In this document: one piece after another, positions 21,086-32,584 of the stretch
Layout: the number at the start of each line of letters is the position of its first letter
How positions within the stretch are numbered: position 1 is the stretch's first letter
From: an uncultured Rhodospirillaceae bacterium
GTDB taxonomy: Bacteria; Pseudomonadota; Alphaproteobacteria; MPNO01; UBA830
Length of the DNA: 64,000 nucleotides
Direction of reading: 5' to 3'
Assembly (NCBI GenBank): GCA_963977005.1
Contig: CAXBMQ010000001.1
Span: 347,888 to 411,887, forward strand
Notes under the pieces: model-generated
What the model was told of the DNA's origin: nothing
Seen by the model: the letters and a program-made list of their open reading frames with translations, nothing else
The model's database searches: none
Position numbers and translations under genes: made by a program

Positions 21086-22186
21086 ATGATGGGTATCATT
21101 ATTCTTGGCATTATCGCGGTCGGTATCGCGCTGATCTATGTCGGACTCCGACGTTCCCATCAGGGTGGGGCGGCCGACGAAAACAACAGATCGGACCGAC
21201 GCGGAAACCTCGGTGTCCCAGACGCAGAGGTTAAAATCCTGCAGGACGATGCCGAAAACGACGCCTTCATGGGCGCGTTGACGGCGCTGAAGGAAGGCCG
21301 GCCCGGTGCTATCGATGATCTGCTGGCGCCGTTTGAGGCGTATCAGGCGGCCAACAGCGATAGCACCAACCCGAATACCCGGCGACCCGACAGCGAAATC
21401 GCGGAAAAGACAGCCCTAGCATACGTTTATGGCAATCTGGCCCAAGCCCTTCAGACCGCCAGCGATCTCGAAAGCGCGGAGAAATTTCACCGCGCAGCGA
21501 TCGCGCTGAACGAGGAGCTCGGCGACAGGGAAAGCATGGCGGCCAATTACAGCAACCTCGGCGTCGTCCTCAACGGGCAAGGCGCCCTCGACGAGGCGGA
21601 GTTCATACTGCGCAACGCGCTGACGTTGCACGAAAAACTCGGCCTCAGGGAAAACATGGTGGCGAACTTCGATACTCTCGGGACTGTGTTTGATGCCCGC
21701 GGCGACCTGGACGGTGCCGCGGAAATGTACCGCGAGGCGCTCGCCCTGACCGAGGCGTTCGACGACAAAGACGGCATGGCGAGACAGCTCAGCAGCCTGG
21801 GAACGGTGTATTCAAAGCAGCTCGACCTCGACCATGCGGAGGAAGCCTATCGCAGGGCGCTGTCGCTGCGCGAAGAGCTCGGCGACAAAGAAGGCATGGC
21901 GCGCGACTTAGGCAACCTCGGAAATGTATCCGTGCTCCGGGGCGACGCCGAGAATGCGAAAGACATGTACCGCAGATCGCTGGTGCTGGACGAAGAGGTC
22001 GGCAACAAGAAAGGCTTGGCGACACAGTACGCCAATCTGGCGAATGTGTTCATGATGCGCGAAAACGACGACGAAGCCTGTCGTTACTGGCGCATATCCC
22101 ACGATCTTTTTTTGGAGATCGGCGCGCACGACAAGGCCAAGGCGATCGCCGGGTATATGGCCGAGGCCGGCTGCCCGACGGATTAG
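21086..22186 (+). CDS. tetratricopeptide-repeat protein with N-terminal membrane anchor
   Basis: N-terminal TM helix followed by about seven tandem 40-aa repeats of the form ...ALxLxEELGDKEGMAxxxxNLGxV... Confidence 0.7.
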   Translation: MMGIIILGIIAVGIALIYVGLRRSHQGGAADENNRSDRRGNLGVPDAEVKILQDDAENDAFMGALTALKEGRPGAIDDLLAPFEAYQAANSDSTNPNTRRPDSEIAEKTALAYVYGNLAQALQTASDLESAEKFHRAAIALNEELGDRESMAANYSNLGVVLNGQGALDEAEFILRNALTLHEKLGLRENMVANFDTLGTVFDARGDLDGAAEMYREALALTEAFDDKDGMARQLSSLGTVYSKQLDLDHAEEAYRRALSLREELGDKEGMARDLGNLGNVSVLRGDAENAKDMYRRSLVLDEEVGNKKGLATQYANLANVFMMRENDDEACRYWRISHDLFLEIGAHDKAKAIAGYMAEAGCPTD

Positions 22187-22190
22187 ACCG

Positions 22191-22210
22191 GGGGTATCGG
22201 ATACCCGTCA
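22191..22210. terminator. GC hairpin between convergent TPR and acs genes (possible bidirectional terminator)
   Basis: GGGTATC/GATACCC inverted repeat immediately after the TPR gene stop. Confidence 0.35.
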
Positions 22211-22246
22211 CCGTTCCCGCGAGAGAAAAACTTGGCTCTCCCCCTC

Positions 22247-24187
<1,941 letters not shown>

Positions 24188-24313
24188 GGTTCTCTCCCAA
24201 GGGTGGACGGCCTGTTAGGGCGCCGTTTTACCGGATTATCTTTATTTATGGCGCTCCGGGCAAGGCGAGCGGGGCTGATTTGGCAGCATTGCGGATGCCG
24301 CGGGCGCATGATC

Positions 24314-25453
24314 CTATTCGGGCTGGAATGGGAAATCGTCAATCGGACCCATTTCCTTGCGATCCCGCCGGATGATCCTGTCGCTCTGCATATACACGCC
24401 AAGAAGCCGGGAAAGGCTCTCCAGCGATTCCAGGTGCACCCGCTCATACCCGTGGGAAGCATCAAGCCCGAAACAGACGAGACAGGTTCGCACGTCGTTG
24501 CCCGCCTCAATCGCACTGGCGGCATCCGACCGGTAATAATTGAACACATCGCGCGAGAACGGAATTCCGTTCTCCCGGCACTGTTCGACAAGAAATCTGA
24601 CAAGGTGGTAATCGAACGGACCGCTTGAATCCATCGCCGCAATGGTGACGCCGAATTCACTTGTATTTTGCCCCGGGGCGAAGGTGCCGTTATCGACACT
24701 TACCATCTCGGCAATATCGCCATGCAGTGTACCGCTCGCGCCGACGCCGACTTCCTCTGCGATCGTGAATATCAGGTGGCATTCGACAGGCAGGATCCGC
24801 CCGGCTTCCGTGACAGCCTTGGCGGCGGCCAGCATCGCAGCGACACCGGCCTTGTTATCGAGATGGCGGGAGACGACGAACCCGCTATCGGTAAACTCAG
24901 GCTGCGGATCGACCGCGACGAAATCGCCAACGCCGATCCCAAGTCCGGCAAGGTCGTCGATGGTCGACACCCGTTCGTCTGGCCTGATCTCCAGATTCCG
25001 CCACTCTACCGGCTGGGTATCGATTTCGGTGTTGAACGTGTGGCCCGACGCTTTCAGCGGCAGAACGGTCCCGCGGACCGGTTCACGCTCGGTGAAGACG
25101 GTAACCCGCGCGCCCTCCGCAAAACGCGACGACCACGTGCCGATGGGCGCAAGTTCCAGCCGTCCGTTGGGTTTCAGGTTTTTCACCATTGCACCCAATG
25201 TATCGAGATGGCCTACAACCGCGCGGTCGGGCGACCCTTCGACGCCGGAAATCGTGGCCCGGATGGCACCGCGGCGGGTCAGTTCATATTCGATCCCGAG
25301 GTCGTCGAGCAGTTCGCTGGTATAGTGAACGATGTTATCCGTAAAACCCGACGGGCTCGGTATTTCAAGCAGCCCCCTCAGGGTTTCGCGCAGGTAGTCG
25401 ACATTTATTTCCGGTGCGCAGACAACGGACGCGGGGAGGGTGTTCGTATTCAT
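24314..25453 (-). CDS. M42 family peptidase of the NAGGN osmoprotectant system
   Basis: 379 aa M42 glutamyl-aminopeptidase-like fold. Third gene of the asnO-ngg operon. Confidence 0.7.
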   Translation of the reverse strand: MNTNTLPASVVCAPEINVDYLRETLRGLLEIPSPSGFTDNIVHYTSELLDDLGIEYELTRRGAIRATISGVEGSPDRAVVGHLDTLGAMVKNLKPNGRLELAPIGTWSSRFAEGARVTVFTEREPVRGTVLPLKASGHTFNTEIDTQPVEWRNLEIRPDERVSTIDDLAGLGIGVGDFVAVDPQPEFTDSGFVVSRHLDNKAGVAAMLAAAKAVTEAGRILPVECHLIFTIAEEVGVGASGTLHGDIAEMVSVDNGTFAPGQNTSEFGVTIAAMDSSGPFDYHLVRFLVEQCRENGIPFSRDVFNYYRSDAASAIEAGNDVRTCLVCFGLDASHGYERVHLESLESLSRLLGVYMQSDRIIRRDRKEMGPIDDFPFQPE

Positions 25454-25455
25454 AT

Positions 25456-27231
25456 CTAACAGGAATCCTTTCCATCCAGCACCGGCGCGGTCCGCGCCGT
25501 GAGCGGGAACAGCAGGTCGATAAACCTTGCGGCCGTCGGCTGGGGTTCGTGATTGGCGAGGCCCGGCCGCTCGTTCGCTTCGATCAGCCAGTAGGTCTCG
25601 CCCGAGACGTCAGGCACAAGGAAGTCCAGCCCGACGACGGGAATTTCAATCGCGGCGGCGGCATTCACGGCGGCCCGGGCAAGAACCGGATTAAGCTTGT
25701 CGGTGACGTCCTGGATCGTTCCCCCGGTATGAAGATTGGCCGCCTTGCGCAGGACGATCCTCTTCCCCTGCTCGGGGATGTCGTCAAGCCCGTACCCTGC
25801 ATGCTGCAGGAAACGCTCGGTTTCTTCGTCGAACGGAATGCTGCTTTCGCCGCCGGTTGCCGCTTCGCGGCGGCGGCTCTGCTTTTCGATCAGGATACGC
25901 GCCGTATCGCTGCCGTTGCCGACGATCTCTGCGGGGCGGCGAATTGCAGCGGCCACGACCTCGCCCCCGATAACGAGGACCCGCAGATCCTCGCCCTCCA
26001 CGAATTGTTCGACCAGGACATTCGGGCATTCCTGTCGCGCACGCTCGATCGCAAACAGCGCCTCGTCTCGGGAGGATATATCGACGGCGACGCCTGCGCC
26101 CTGTTCGCCCCGGGCAGGTTTGACGACGATTCTGCCATAGCGTTCGATAAAAGCATCCAGATCGTCATTCGCTTCCGTCAGTTCGATCTGGTCCGGCATC
26201 GACAGACCGGCATCCAGCAAAACTTCCCGGGTCACGGCCTTGTTATCGCAGATCGACATCGCGACCGAAGACGTCAGGGCCGACAGCGATTCGCGACACA
26301 GGACAGTCTGGGCACCGTTGGTCAGACGAAAATATCCGCGGGCGGCATCCAGAACGGAAACCGCAATCCCACGGCGGCGCGCCTCGTCGACGATGATTTT
26401 TGCATAGACGTTGAGGTCCTGGTCGGGCGTCGGCCCGCTAAACAGCTCCGTATTGATATCGTTCTTGGTTTTCAGGGTGAATACGGGCACCCGCCGGAAG
26501 CCAAGCTTTTCGTAAAGTGCGATCGCGTCGGATTTGTCGTGTTTGACCGACAAATCCATGAAGGCCCGCCCGCGCGCCAGAAAACGGCCGGCAAGATGGT
26601 GCGTCAGCGCCTCGCCGACGCCGCTGTGAGGCGATTTCGCGTCTACCGCCAGCGCCCACATGCTTGAACCGTTTTCCGGGTCGTTGAAAACGGGAACGTG
26701 ATCGACGCCGAACACCGCGCCGATAATCTCATCAGACGTATCGTCCACGGCGACCAGAACCGTCAGTCCACTGGTCCCGTTGAGCCCGCGCCAGAAATCC
26801 TCTCCGGCGGGAACCATACCGCGTGCTTCGTAGATCGCATCGACGATGCGGCCTTCGCGCCGCGGCCGGATCTTGCGGATCGTGAACGGCCGGTGCTTCG
26901 GTTCCGCCGGACGGTACTGATCCAGCCAGATACGGTACGCGTGTGACGGATCGAGAAAAAGCGTCTGGGGCGCAAGCGATACGACGACATGCGGATCGCG
27001 CAGATAAAACGCGATGTCGCGTTTTCCCGGCGTTTCCTTCGCGAGCTCTGCCGCCAGTGCCTCGGGGGATGCAAATGTGTGGGCGAACAGCAGACGGCCC
27101 CAGCCGCAATCCAGAAAGGCATCCCGGTCCGGCTGGCTGTCCGCCGGCGCGCATGCGGGATCGTGCCAGTTGCGCAGCGTAAGCGGGCTGCGGCGTTGTG
27201 GCGGAATGAATGCTGTGTTCATACCCATCAT
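25456..27231 (-). CDS. ngg: N-acetylglutaminylglutamine synthetase (GNAT acetyltransferase + ATP-grasp ligase)
   Basis: 591 aa. Central GNAT-like region and C-terminal ATP-grasp (RimK/cyanophycin-synthetase-like). Conserved position between the asnO-like and M42 genes. Confidence 0.8.
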   Translation of the reverse strand: MMGMNTAFIPPQRRSPLTLRNWHDPACAPADSQPDRDAFLDCGWGRLLFAHTFASPEALAAELAKETPGKRDIAFYLRDPHVVVSLAPQTLFLDPSHAYRIWLDQYRPAEPKHRPFTIRKIRPRREGRIVDAIYEARGMVPAGEDFWRGLNGTSGLTVLVAVDDTSDEIIGAVFGVDHVPVFNDPENGSSMWALAVDAKSPHSGVGEALTHHLAGRFLARGRAFMDLSVKHDKSDAIALYEKLGFRRVPVFTLKTKNDINTELFSGPTPDQDLNVYAKIIVDEARRRGIAVSVLDAARGYFRLTNGAQTVLCRESLSALTSSVAMSICDNKAVTREVLLDAGLSMPDQIELTEANDDLDAFIERYGRIVVKPARGEQGAGVAVDISSRDEALFAIERARQECPNVLVEQFVEGEDLRVLVIGGEVVAAAIRRPAEIVGNGSDTARILIEKQSRRREAATGGESSIPFDEETERFLQHAGYGLDDIPEQGKRIVLRKAANLHTGGTIQDVTDKLNPVLARAAVNAAAAIEIPVVGLDFLVPDVSGETYWLIEANERPGLANHEPQPTAARFIDLLFPLTARTAPVLDGKDSC

Positions 27232-27237
27232 GAACCC

Positions 27238-29013
27238 TCAGGTGATGCCGTGACGCTGGAACCAGTTTTCGAGCAGCGCTATCTGCCACAGCTTGGAGCC
27301 GCGCAGCGGCGTGATGTGATCTTCGGGTGCGGCAAGCAACGCATCCACGTAGTCGCGACGGAAAACGCCGCGGCCGCGCGCGGCCGGGGCGTCGAGAATC
27401 CCGCGGACGCGATCTAGAAACGGGCCACGCAGGTATTTGAGCGCCGGCACCGGGAAATATCCCTTGGGCCGGTCGATGACGGCCGCGGGAATTACGCTGC
27501 GCGATGCTTCCTTCAGGATATATTTGCCCTCGTCACGCAGTTTGAGTTCGGGCGGTATCCGGGCGGCGAGTTCGACCACGTCGTGATCCAGAAACGGAAC
27601 GCGTGCTTCCAGCCCCCAGGCCATGGTCATGTTGTCGACCCGCTTCACCGGATCGTCCACCAGCATGATCGTCGAATCGATCCGCAGCGCCTTGTCGATC
27701 GGGCTGTCGGCCCCGGCGGTTGCAAAATGCTTTTCGATGAATTCGCGGCTGTAATCGTTTTTCAGGCGGTGCGCCTCAAGCGCGGTCTGCATCTCGGTGT
27801 GGTCGCGGTCGCAAAACACCCGGCGGTAGTCGTCCTCCGGCGCGTTGCTTTGCATCATGGGCGGATACCAGTGATAGCCGGCGAACACCTCGTCGGCGCC
27901 CTGGCCGCTCTGGACCACTTTCACCGTCTTCGAGACCTCTTCGGACAAAAGATAAAAGCCGATTGCATCGTGACTGACCATCGGTTCCGACATGGCATCG
28001 ATGCATTTGTCCAGTTCCGAGAGCGATCGGCTGGAATCGATGAAGATCCGGTGGTGGTCGGTATCAAAACGGCGGGCGACGATGTCGGAATATTCGAACT
28101 CGTCGCCCTTTTCGTCACCGACTGTCTCGAATCCGATGGAAAACGTCTGGAGATCGTCATGACCGGCTTCCGCGATCAGCCCGGTGATGAGACTTGAATC
28201 CACGCCGCCGGACAGCAGCACGCCCACCGGCACATCGGCTACCAGCCGTCGGGCCACAGCCTGGCGCAGGGTATCGAGCAGCAGATCACGCCAGTCGTTT
28301 TCATCCCGGCCCGCATCCTGCTCGGTCGGACCATAGGTCAGCGTCCAGTAGGTCCATTCCGATTTCCGGCCATCCGGATCAATCGTCATCAGCGTTGCAG
28401 GCGGAAGTTTGCGGACGCCGTTCAGAATGGTATGCGGCGCCGGCACCACGGCGTGGAAGCTCATGTAATAGTGCAGGGCCGCGGGATCGATATCGGTATC
28501 GACATCCCCCGCGGCCAGCAGGGCCGGCAGGGTAGACGCGAAACGAAAGCGCTGCGGCGTGTCCGTGTAATAGACCGGTTTGATACCCAGCCGGTCACGG
28601 CCGAGGATCACACGCCCGCTGTCGCGTTCCCAGATGGCAAATGCAAACATGCCGGCGAGGCGTTCCACGAAACCCGCACCCCACGCATGATAGGCTTTAA
28701 GAATAACCTCAGTGTCGCCGCGTGAGAAAAAACTGTAGCCCGCCGCTTCGAGTTCGCGCCGAAGCGATCCGTAATTGTATATCGCGCCGTTATAAACGAC
28801 GGTCAGTCCCAGTGCGCTGTCGACCATCGGTTGCTGTGCGTGGTCGCTCAGATCGATGATTTTAAGACGACGATGGGCGAACGCCACCGGACCGTGTGCC
28901 ACCGCGCCAGTCGAATCCGGCCCGCGGGGAGACATCGTGTCAGCCATCCGGGCGCAGGCTTCCGGCGATGCGTGATGGTTGTCGAACCTGATTTCTCCGG
29001 CGATGCCGCACAT
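27238..29013 (-). CDS. asnO: N-acetylglutaminylglutamine amidotransferase (asparagine synthetase-like, glutamine-hydrolysing)
   Basis: MCGIAG N-terminal nucleophile Cys and a SGGVDSS PP-loop in the synthetase domain. Confidence 0.85.
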   Translation of the reverse strand: MCGIAGEIRFDNHHASPEACARMADTMSPRGPDSTGAVAHGPVAFAHRRLKIIDLSDHAQQPMVDSALGLTVVYNGAIYNYGSLRRELEAAGYSFFSRGDTEVILKAYHAWGAGFVERLAGMFAFAIWERDSGRVILGRDRLGIKPVYYTDTPQRFRFASTLPALLAAGDVDTDIDPAALHYYMSFHAVVPAPHTILNGVRKLPPATLMTIDPDGRKSEWTYWTLTYGPTEQDAGRDENDWRDLLLDTLRQAVARRLVADVPVGVLLSGGVDSSLITGLIAEAGHDDLQTFSIGFETVGDEKGDEFEYSDIVARRFDTDHHRIFIDSSRSLSELDKCIDAMSEPMVSHDAIGFYLLSEEVSKTVKVVQSGQGADEVFAGYHWYPPMMQSNAPEDDYRRVFCDRDHTEMQTALEAHRLKNDYSREFIEKHFATAGADSPIDKALRIDSTIMLVDDPVKRVDNMTMAWGLEARVPFLDHDVVELAARIPPELKLRDEGKYILKEASRSVIPAAVIDRPKGYFPVPALKYLRGPFLDRVRGILDAPAARGRGVFRRDYVDALLAAPEDHITPLRGSKLWQIALLENWFQRHGIT

Positions 29014-29099
29014 ACTGGCCTGCTTTCCCTTCCCCGGCGAAAATCGACGGCATTAATGAACAGCGGGTGCGCGCGCGAAGACACGCTTCAGGAAAAAAC

Positions 29100-29290
29100 C
29101 CGAATAAACCGCGATATTTATGGACTTGAAGTATATATAGCGTCATTCTTCAGAAATTCAAGCATCGTTGACTTCGAAGAATAACCAAATGATTATGGTT
29201 TAATCATTTCATTTCTATTATTTTTTTCTTATATATGTAATTTATACATATATTTTATTTTCGATTATTTTAATTTCTATTTTTTCGAGC
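29100..29290 (-). promoter_or_regulatory. very AT-rich promoter/operator region of the asnO-ngg-M42 operon
   Basis: About 25% GC in a 65% GC background. Putative minus-strand sigma70 promoter: -35 TTGAAT (plus 29156-29161) and -10 TATATA (29133-29138). Perfect palindromes at 29231-29253 (ATATATGTA-N5-TACATATAT) and 29187-29209 (AAATGATT-N7-AATCATTT). Confidence 0.5.
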
Positions 29291-29583
29291 CCCTGGCCGG
29301 GACAAGGTCCGTCGACGCAGATGCCGTCGTCGATGTTGAACAGGGCGGAATGCATCGAGCACAGGATCATGTCCCGGTCATAGGACAGGAAAGCGTCCGG
29401 CTTCCAGTCCAGCGGCGCACCGTAATGGGGACAGAAATTGCGGTAGCCGAACACCTCGTCGCCGCGCCGGACCACGAAGAACGGCTTTTGCCCGTCGATA
29501 TTTTCGAACCCCTTGCTGCCGGGGTCCTCCAGCTCATCCAGGCGGCAAAGATACACCGGGTCGCTCATGTGCGGTTCCGACAC
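29242..29583 (-). CDS. Rieske (2Fe-2S) domain protein
   Basis: CPHYGAPL ... CSMHSALF Rieske CxH/CxxH boxes. The C-terminal residues KIEIKIIENKIYV are encoded inside the AT-rich region. Confidence 0.8.
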   Translation of the reverse strand: MSEPHMSDPVYLCRLDELEDPGSKGFENIDGQKPFFVVRRGDEVFGYRNFCPHYGAPLDWKPDAFLSYDRDMILCSMHSALFNIDDGICVDGPCPGQGLEKIEIKIIENKIYV

Positions 29584-29596
29584 GTTTCAGCGCCGG

Positions 29597-30010
29597 TCAG
29601 GGTTTGACGCCGCACATCTTGCACAGCAGTTTCCAGTGATCCTTGCCGACCGGCACCACCGACAGGCGCGACTGTTTGACCAGCGCCAGATCGGCGAGCT
29701 TCGGTTCCGCCTTGATATCGGCGAGGGTCACCGGCGTCCTGACCGGTTCGACCGCCTTGATATCGACCATGCCGAAGCGGCCCGAGTCATCTGTGTGGTC
29801 CGGGTAATGTTCCTTCACGACCTCGACGATACCGACGATCCGCTTTTCGTTGACCGAGTGATAGAAAAAGCCCCTGTCGCCCTTCTTCATGGCCTTCATG
29901 TTGTTATTGGCCTGATAGTTGCGCACGCCGTCCCAGTGTTCGACACCCTTTTTCACCTGGTCGTCCCAAGACCACGCGCCGGGTTCGGATTTGAAAAGCC
30001 AGTACTGCAT
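29597..30010 (-). CDS. EVE (PUA-like) domain protein
   Basis: 137 aa with the MQYWLFKSEP...W.GVRNYQARN motif region typical of EVE/DUF55. Confidence 0.8.
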   Translation of the reverse strand: MQYWLFKSEPGAWSWDDQVKKGVEHWDGVRNYQANNNMKAMKKGDRGFFYHSVNEKRIVGIVEVVKEHYPDHTDDSGRFGMVDIKAVEPVRTPVTLADIKAEPKLADLALVKQSRLSVVPVGKDHWKLLCKMCGVKP

Positions 30011-30080
30011 CGATGCTGCATCCTCATGTCGTTATGTGTCCCGTCAATACATCACGGGGCCGGGAATTGGCAAAAGCCGG

Positions 30081-31067
30081 TCAGTCCGCTTCCCGTCGTA
30101 GCGGGCGCGACAGCAGCGCTTCGATCACCGCGTCGATATCCGCCCCCCGGTTCAGCACGGCATCGACCGCCGCCGCGATCGGCATCTCAATGCCGAGCTG
30201 TTCCGCCAGGGTGACGGCGGCGCTTGCGGTAAAGACCCCTTCGGCGACGGAATGCCGTTCTCCGAGTATCTCTGCCAATGTCTGTCCCGCGCCCAGTGCC
30301 TGGCCGAGCGAATAGTTGCGCGACTGCGTGCTGGTACAGGTCAGCACCAGATCGCCGAGGCCCGACAGCCCCATCATGGTCTCCGCCTGCCCGCCCTTGG
30401 CAAGGCACAGCCGCGTGAGTTCGGCGAGTCCGCGGGTTACCAGCGCGGCGCGGGCGTTGTCGCCGAACCCCCGCCCCTCGGCAATGCCGCAGGCGATCGC
30501 CAGCACGTTCTTGACCGCGCCACCGATCTGGGCGCCGATCACGTCGCCGCCCGAATAGGGTCGGAACCGGTCGGAGCTCAGCCGATCGGCAAGGGCCTGC
30601 GCGGCGGCAAGATCGCTGCCCGCGAGCGTCACCGCCGTGGGCAGGTCGGCCGCGACCTCGGAGGCGAAGGTCGGCCCCGACAGAACGAATACGGGGTTCT
30701 GCGGAAACGTGGCTGCAACCGCTTCGCTCATCAGTGCCAGCGTTTCCTGTTCGATGCCCTTGGCGCAAACGATCAGCGGCGTTGTCGGCGCAATTTGCCC
30801 GGCGAGAGGCGCGATGGTGCTACGCAGGTGCTGTGCGGGTGCTGCCAATAACAGGGCGGCGGCGGCAGCCGCTTCTGACAGATCGGCGGTCGCGCGGATA
30901 TCGGGATCAAGCGCGACGCCCGGCAGATACAGGGTGTTCTCGTGCCCGTCATTGATCGCGTCAACGATATCGGTTTCGTATGCCCACAGCGTGACATCGT
31001 TCCCCGCACGCCGCGCCGCCAGCGCCAGCGCGGTGCCCCATGCGCCTGCCCCGATGATCGAGATCAT
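30081..31067 (-). CDS. gpsA: NAD(P)H-dependent glycerol-3-phosphate dehydrogenase
   Basis: IGAGAWGTALA Rossmann motif. Start at MISIIGAG (ATG at 31065-31067); the upstream extension of the 459 aa ORF is Arg-rich and probably not real. Confidence 0.9.
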   Translation of the reverse strand: MISIIGAGAWGTALALAARRAGNDVTLWAYETDIVDAINDGHENTLYLPGVALDPDIRATADLSEAAAAAALLLAAPAQHLRSTIAPLAGQIAPTTPLIVCAKGIEQETLALMSEAVAATFPQNPVFVLSGPTFASEVAADLPTAVTLAGSDLAAAQALADRLSSDRFRPYSGGDVIGAQIGGAVKNVLAIACGIAEGRGFGDNARAALVTRGLAELTRLCLAKGGQAETMMGLSGLGDLVLTCTSTQSRNYSLGQALGAGQTLAEILGERHSVAEGVFTASAAVTLAEQLGIEMPIAAAVDAVLNRGADIDAVIEALLSRPLRREAD

Positions 31068-31744
31068 GCAGCGTCCGAACCGGGCCGGGGGCCGGGTTGC
31101 GGTTGCGGCGCCGGCGTCAGGTTCATCGCCACCGATATACGCACACCGTCGCCGCGATAAGGCCGTACTCCGTGCGACAGCCAGGACGGAAAGATCAGCA
31201 TCAAACCGGCACGCGGGCGCACCAATTCGCTGGCCCCGATCGACTGGCCGCCGGGCATGGCAATCGCAAGATCGGGCGCCAGCATGGCGGGGGCCACGCC
31301 GCGGGGGTCCTGTATTTCGAACTCGCCGCCAAGCGACGGATCGTCGCCGATGCCGCCATCGTCGACATAGTAGCTTGCCGACCAATAGGCGCCGGGATGG
31401 GTGTGAAATTCGTTCCCGTTCCCGTCCCGGTTCACGTTGGCCCAGCAATTGGTCAGCCACGTTACCGGCACCGGGCGGCCCGCGCGGTCGCAGGTAACCT
31501 GCGCGGCAACCGCGCGCGCGGCATCGAGCAGTGTTTTCACCGGCGCGCCGCCCCAGGTCTCGAATTCCCAGTCGGACTGCCAGCCGCCCAGATTGCTGTG
31601 CTGCGTGCCCTTGTCGGATTTTTCACGCGCCAGGATAAGCCGCTTCAGTTCGGCGTTGAGCGCCGCCGCGTCGGGCATCATGCATTCTATCACGGGTGTC
31701 GGGAAAAGCCCCGAGATCCTGGCGTTGGTTTCCCTGTCGTTCAT
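31064..31744 (-). CDS. 2OG-Fe(II) oxygenase-like protein (TIGR02466-type conserved hypothetical)
   Basis: HTHPG ... SWLSH motif pattern of putative 2OG-dependent dioxygenase fold proteins. ATGA overlap with gpsA. Confidence 0.55.
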   Translation of the reverse strand: MNDRETNARISGLFPTPVIECMMPDAAALNAELKRLILAREKSDKGTQHSNLGGWQSDWEFETWGGAPVKTLLDAARAVAAQVTCDRAGRPVPVTWLTNCWANVNRDGNGNEFHTHPGAYWSASYYVDDGGIGDDPSLGGEFEIQDPRGVAPAMLAPDLAIAMPGGQSIGASELVRPRAGLMLIFPSWLSHGVRPYRGDGVRISVAMNLTPAPQPQPGPRPGSDAA

Positions 31745-32544
31745 TCTGACATCCTGTGCCGGTCGATGAAGTCGCGCACGGCGCTGTTATACGCCCCGGT
31801 CTCGACATGGATCACGAAATGGCCACCGGTCGGGACGACCACGTATTCCGCCCCCGGTACGTTCTCCGCCAGTTCGTCGGACAGATAGCGCGGCGTGACC
31901 ATATCGTCCTCGGCGACAATCACCAGCGTCGGCGCCTTGATCTCGCCCATCCGGTCGCGCCGGTCGAACGCGCAGATCGCATCGATCCGGCTTTCCATGA
32001 TCTCGACCGGCTGGTCGGCCCCTGCAAGATAACCTTCGAGCTCGTCGATGCGGTCCGGGTTCCGGGTGATGTACCATGGCGGCAACAGGGTCAGGATCGA
32101 ATGACGCGCATAGTCCGCCGTGCCGGACCCGGACAGTACGGATCGCCGCGCCGCAAAGGCCCGGTTGAAATAGGAGTCCCGGCCCGGCCAGGTGGCGCTC
32201 AGGACCAGCGATGCCAGGCGGTCGGGATAATCCTGCGCAACGACCTGGCCCATCGCGCCGCCGGTCGAATGACCGACCCAGTGGGCACGCTCGATGCCGA
32301 GTCCGTCCATCAGGCGGATCGCGTCCGCCGCCATCTGGTCGACCGAATAATCGATCCTTGAATAGGTGCTCTGACCGCAGCCGCGGTGATCGTGAACGAT
32401 CGTACGGTAGCCGTCCGAAAAGGCGGGTATCTGCTGCGACCAGACCGCGCCGCCGCCGCCGAGGCCCGGCACGAACATGACCGGTTCGCCGGATCCGGCC
32501 TCCTCGTAATAAATCTCGCCATCGCCGATATCGACCTTTGGCAC
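31741..32544 (-). CDS. alpha/beta hydrolase fold protein
   Basis: GHSTGG nucleophile elbow. 267 aa. Confidence 0.75.
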   Translation of the reverse strand: MPKVDIGDGEIYYEEAGSGEPVMFVPGLGGGGAVWSQQIPAFSDGYRTIVHDHRGCGQSTYSRIDYSVDQMAADAIRLMDGLGIERAHWVGHSTGGAMGQVVAQDYPDRLASLVLSATWPGRDSYFNRAFAARRSVLSGSGTADYARHSILTLLPPWYITRNPDRIDELEGYLAGADQPVEIMESRIDAICAFDRRDRMGEIKAPTLVIVAEDDMVTPRYLSDELAENVPGAEYVVVPTGGHFVIHVETGAYNSAVRDFIDRHRMSE

Positions 32545-32584
32545 GGTGCTTCCGTCCCTCCCTTTCCGCCTTTTCCCGTCCCGC

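Noticed and set aside
29161-29210. Plus-strand TTGACT ... TATGGT promoter-like boxes in the AT-rich region.
   Set aside because: The spacing is about 20 bp and the orientation is antisense into the Rieske gene. The minus-strand TTGAAT-16-TATATA promoter facing asnO is a better fit.
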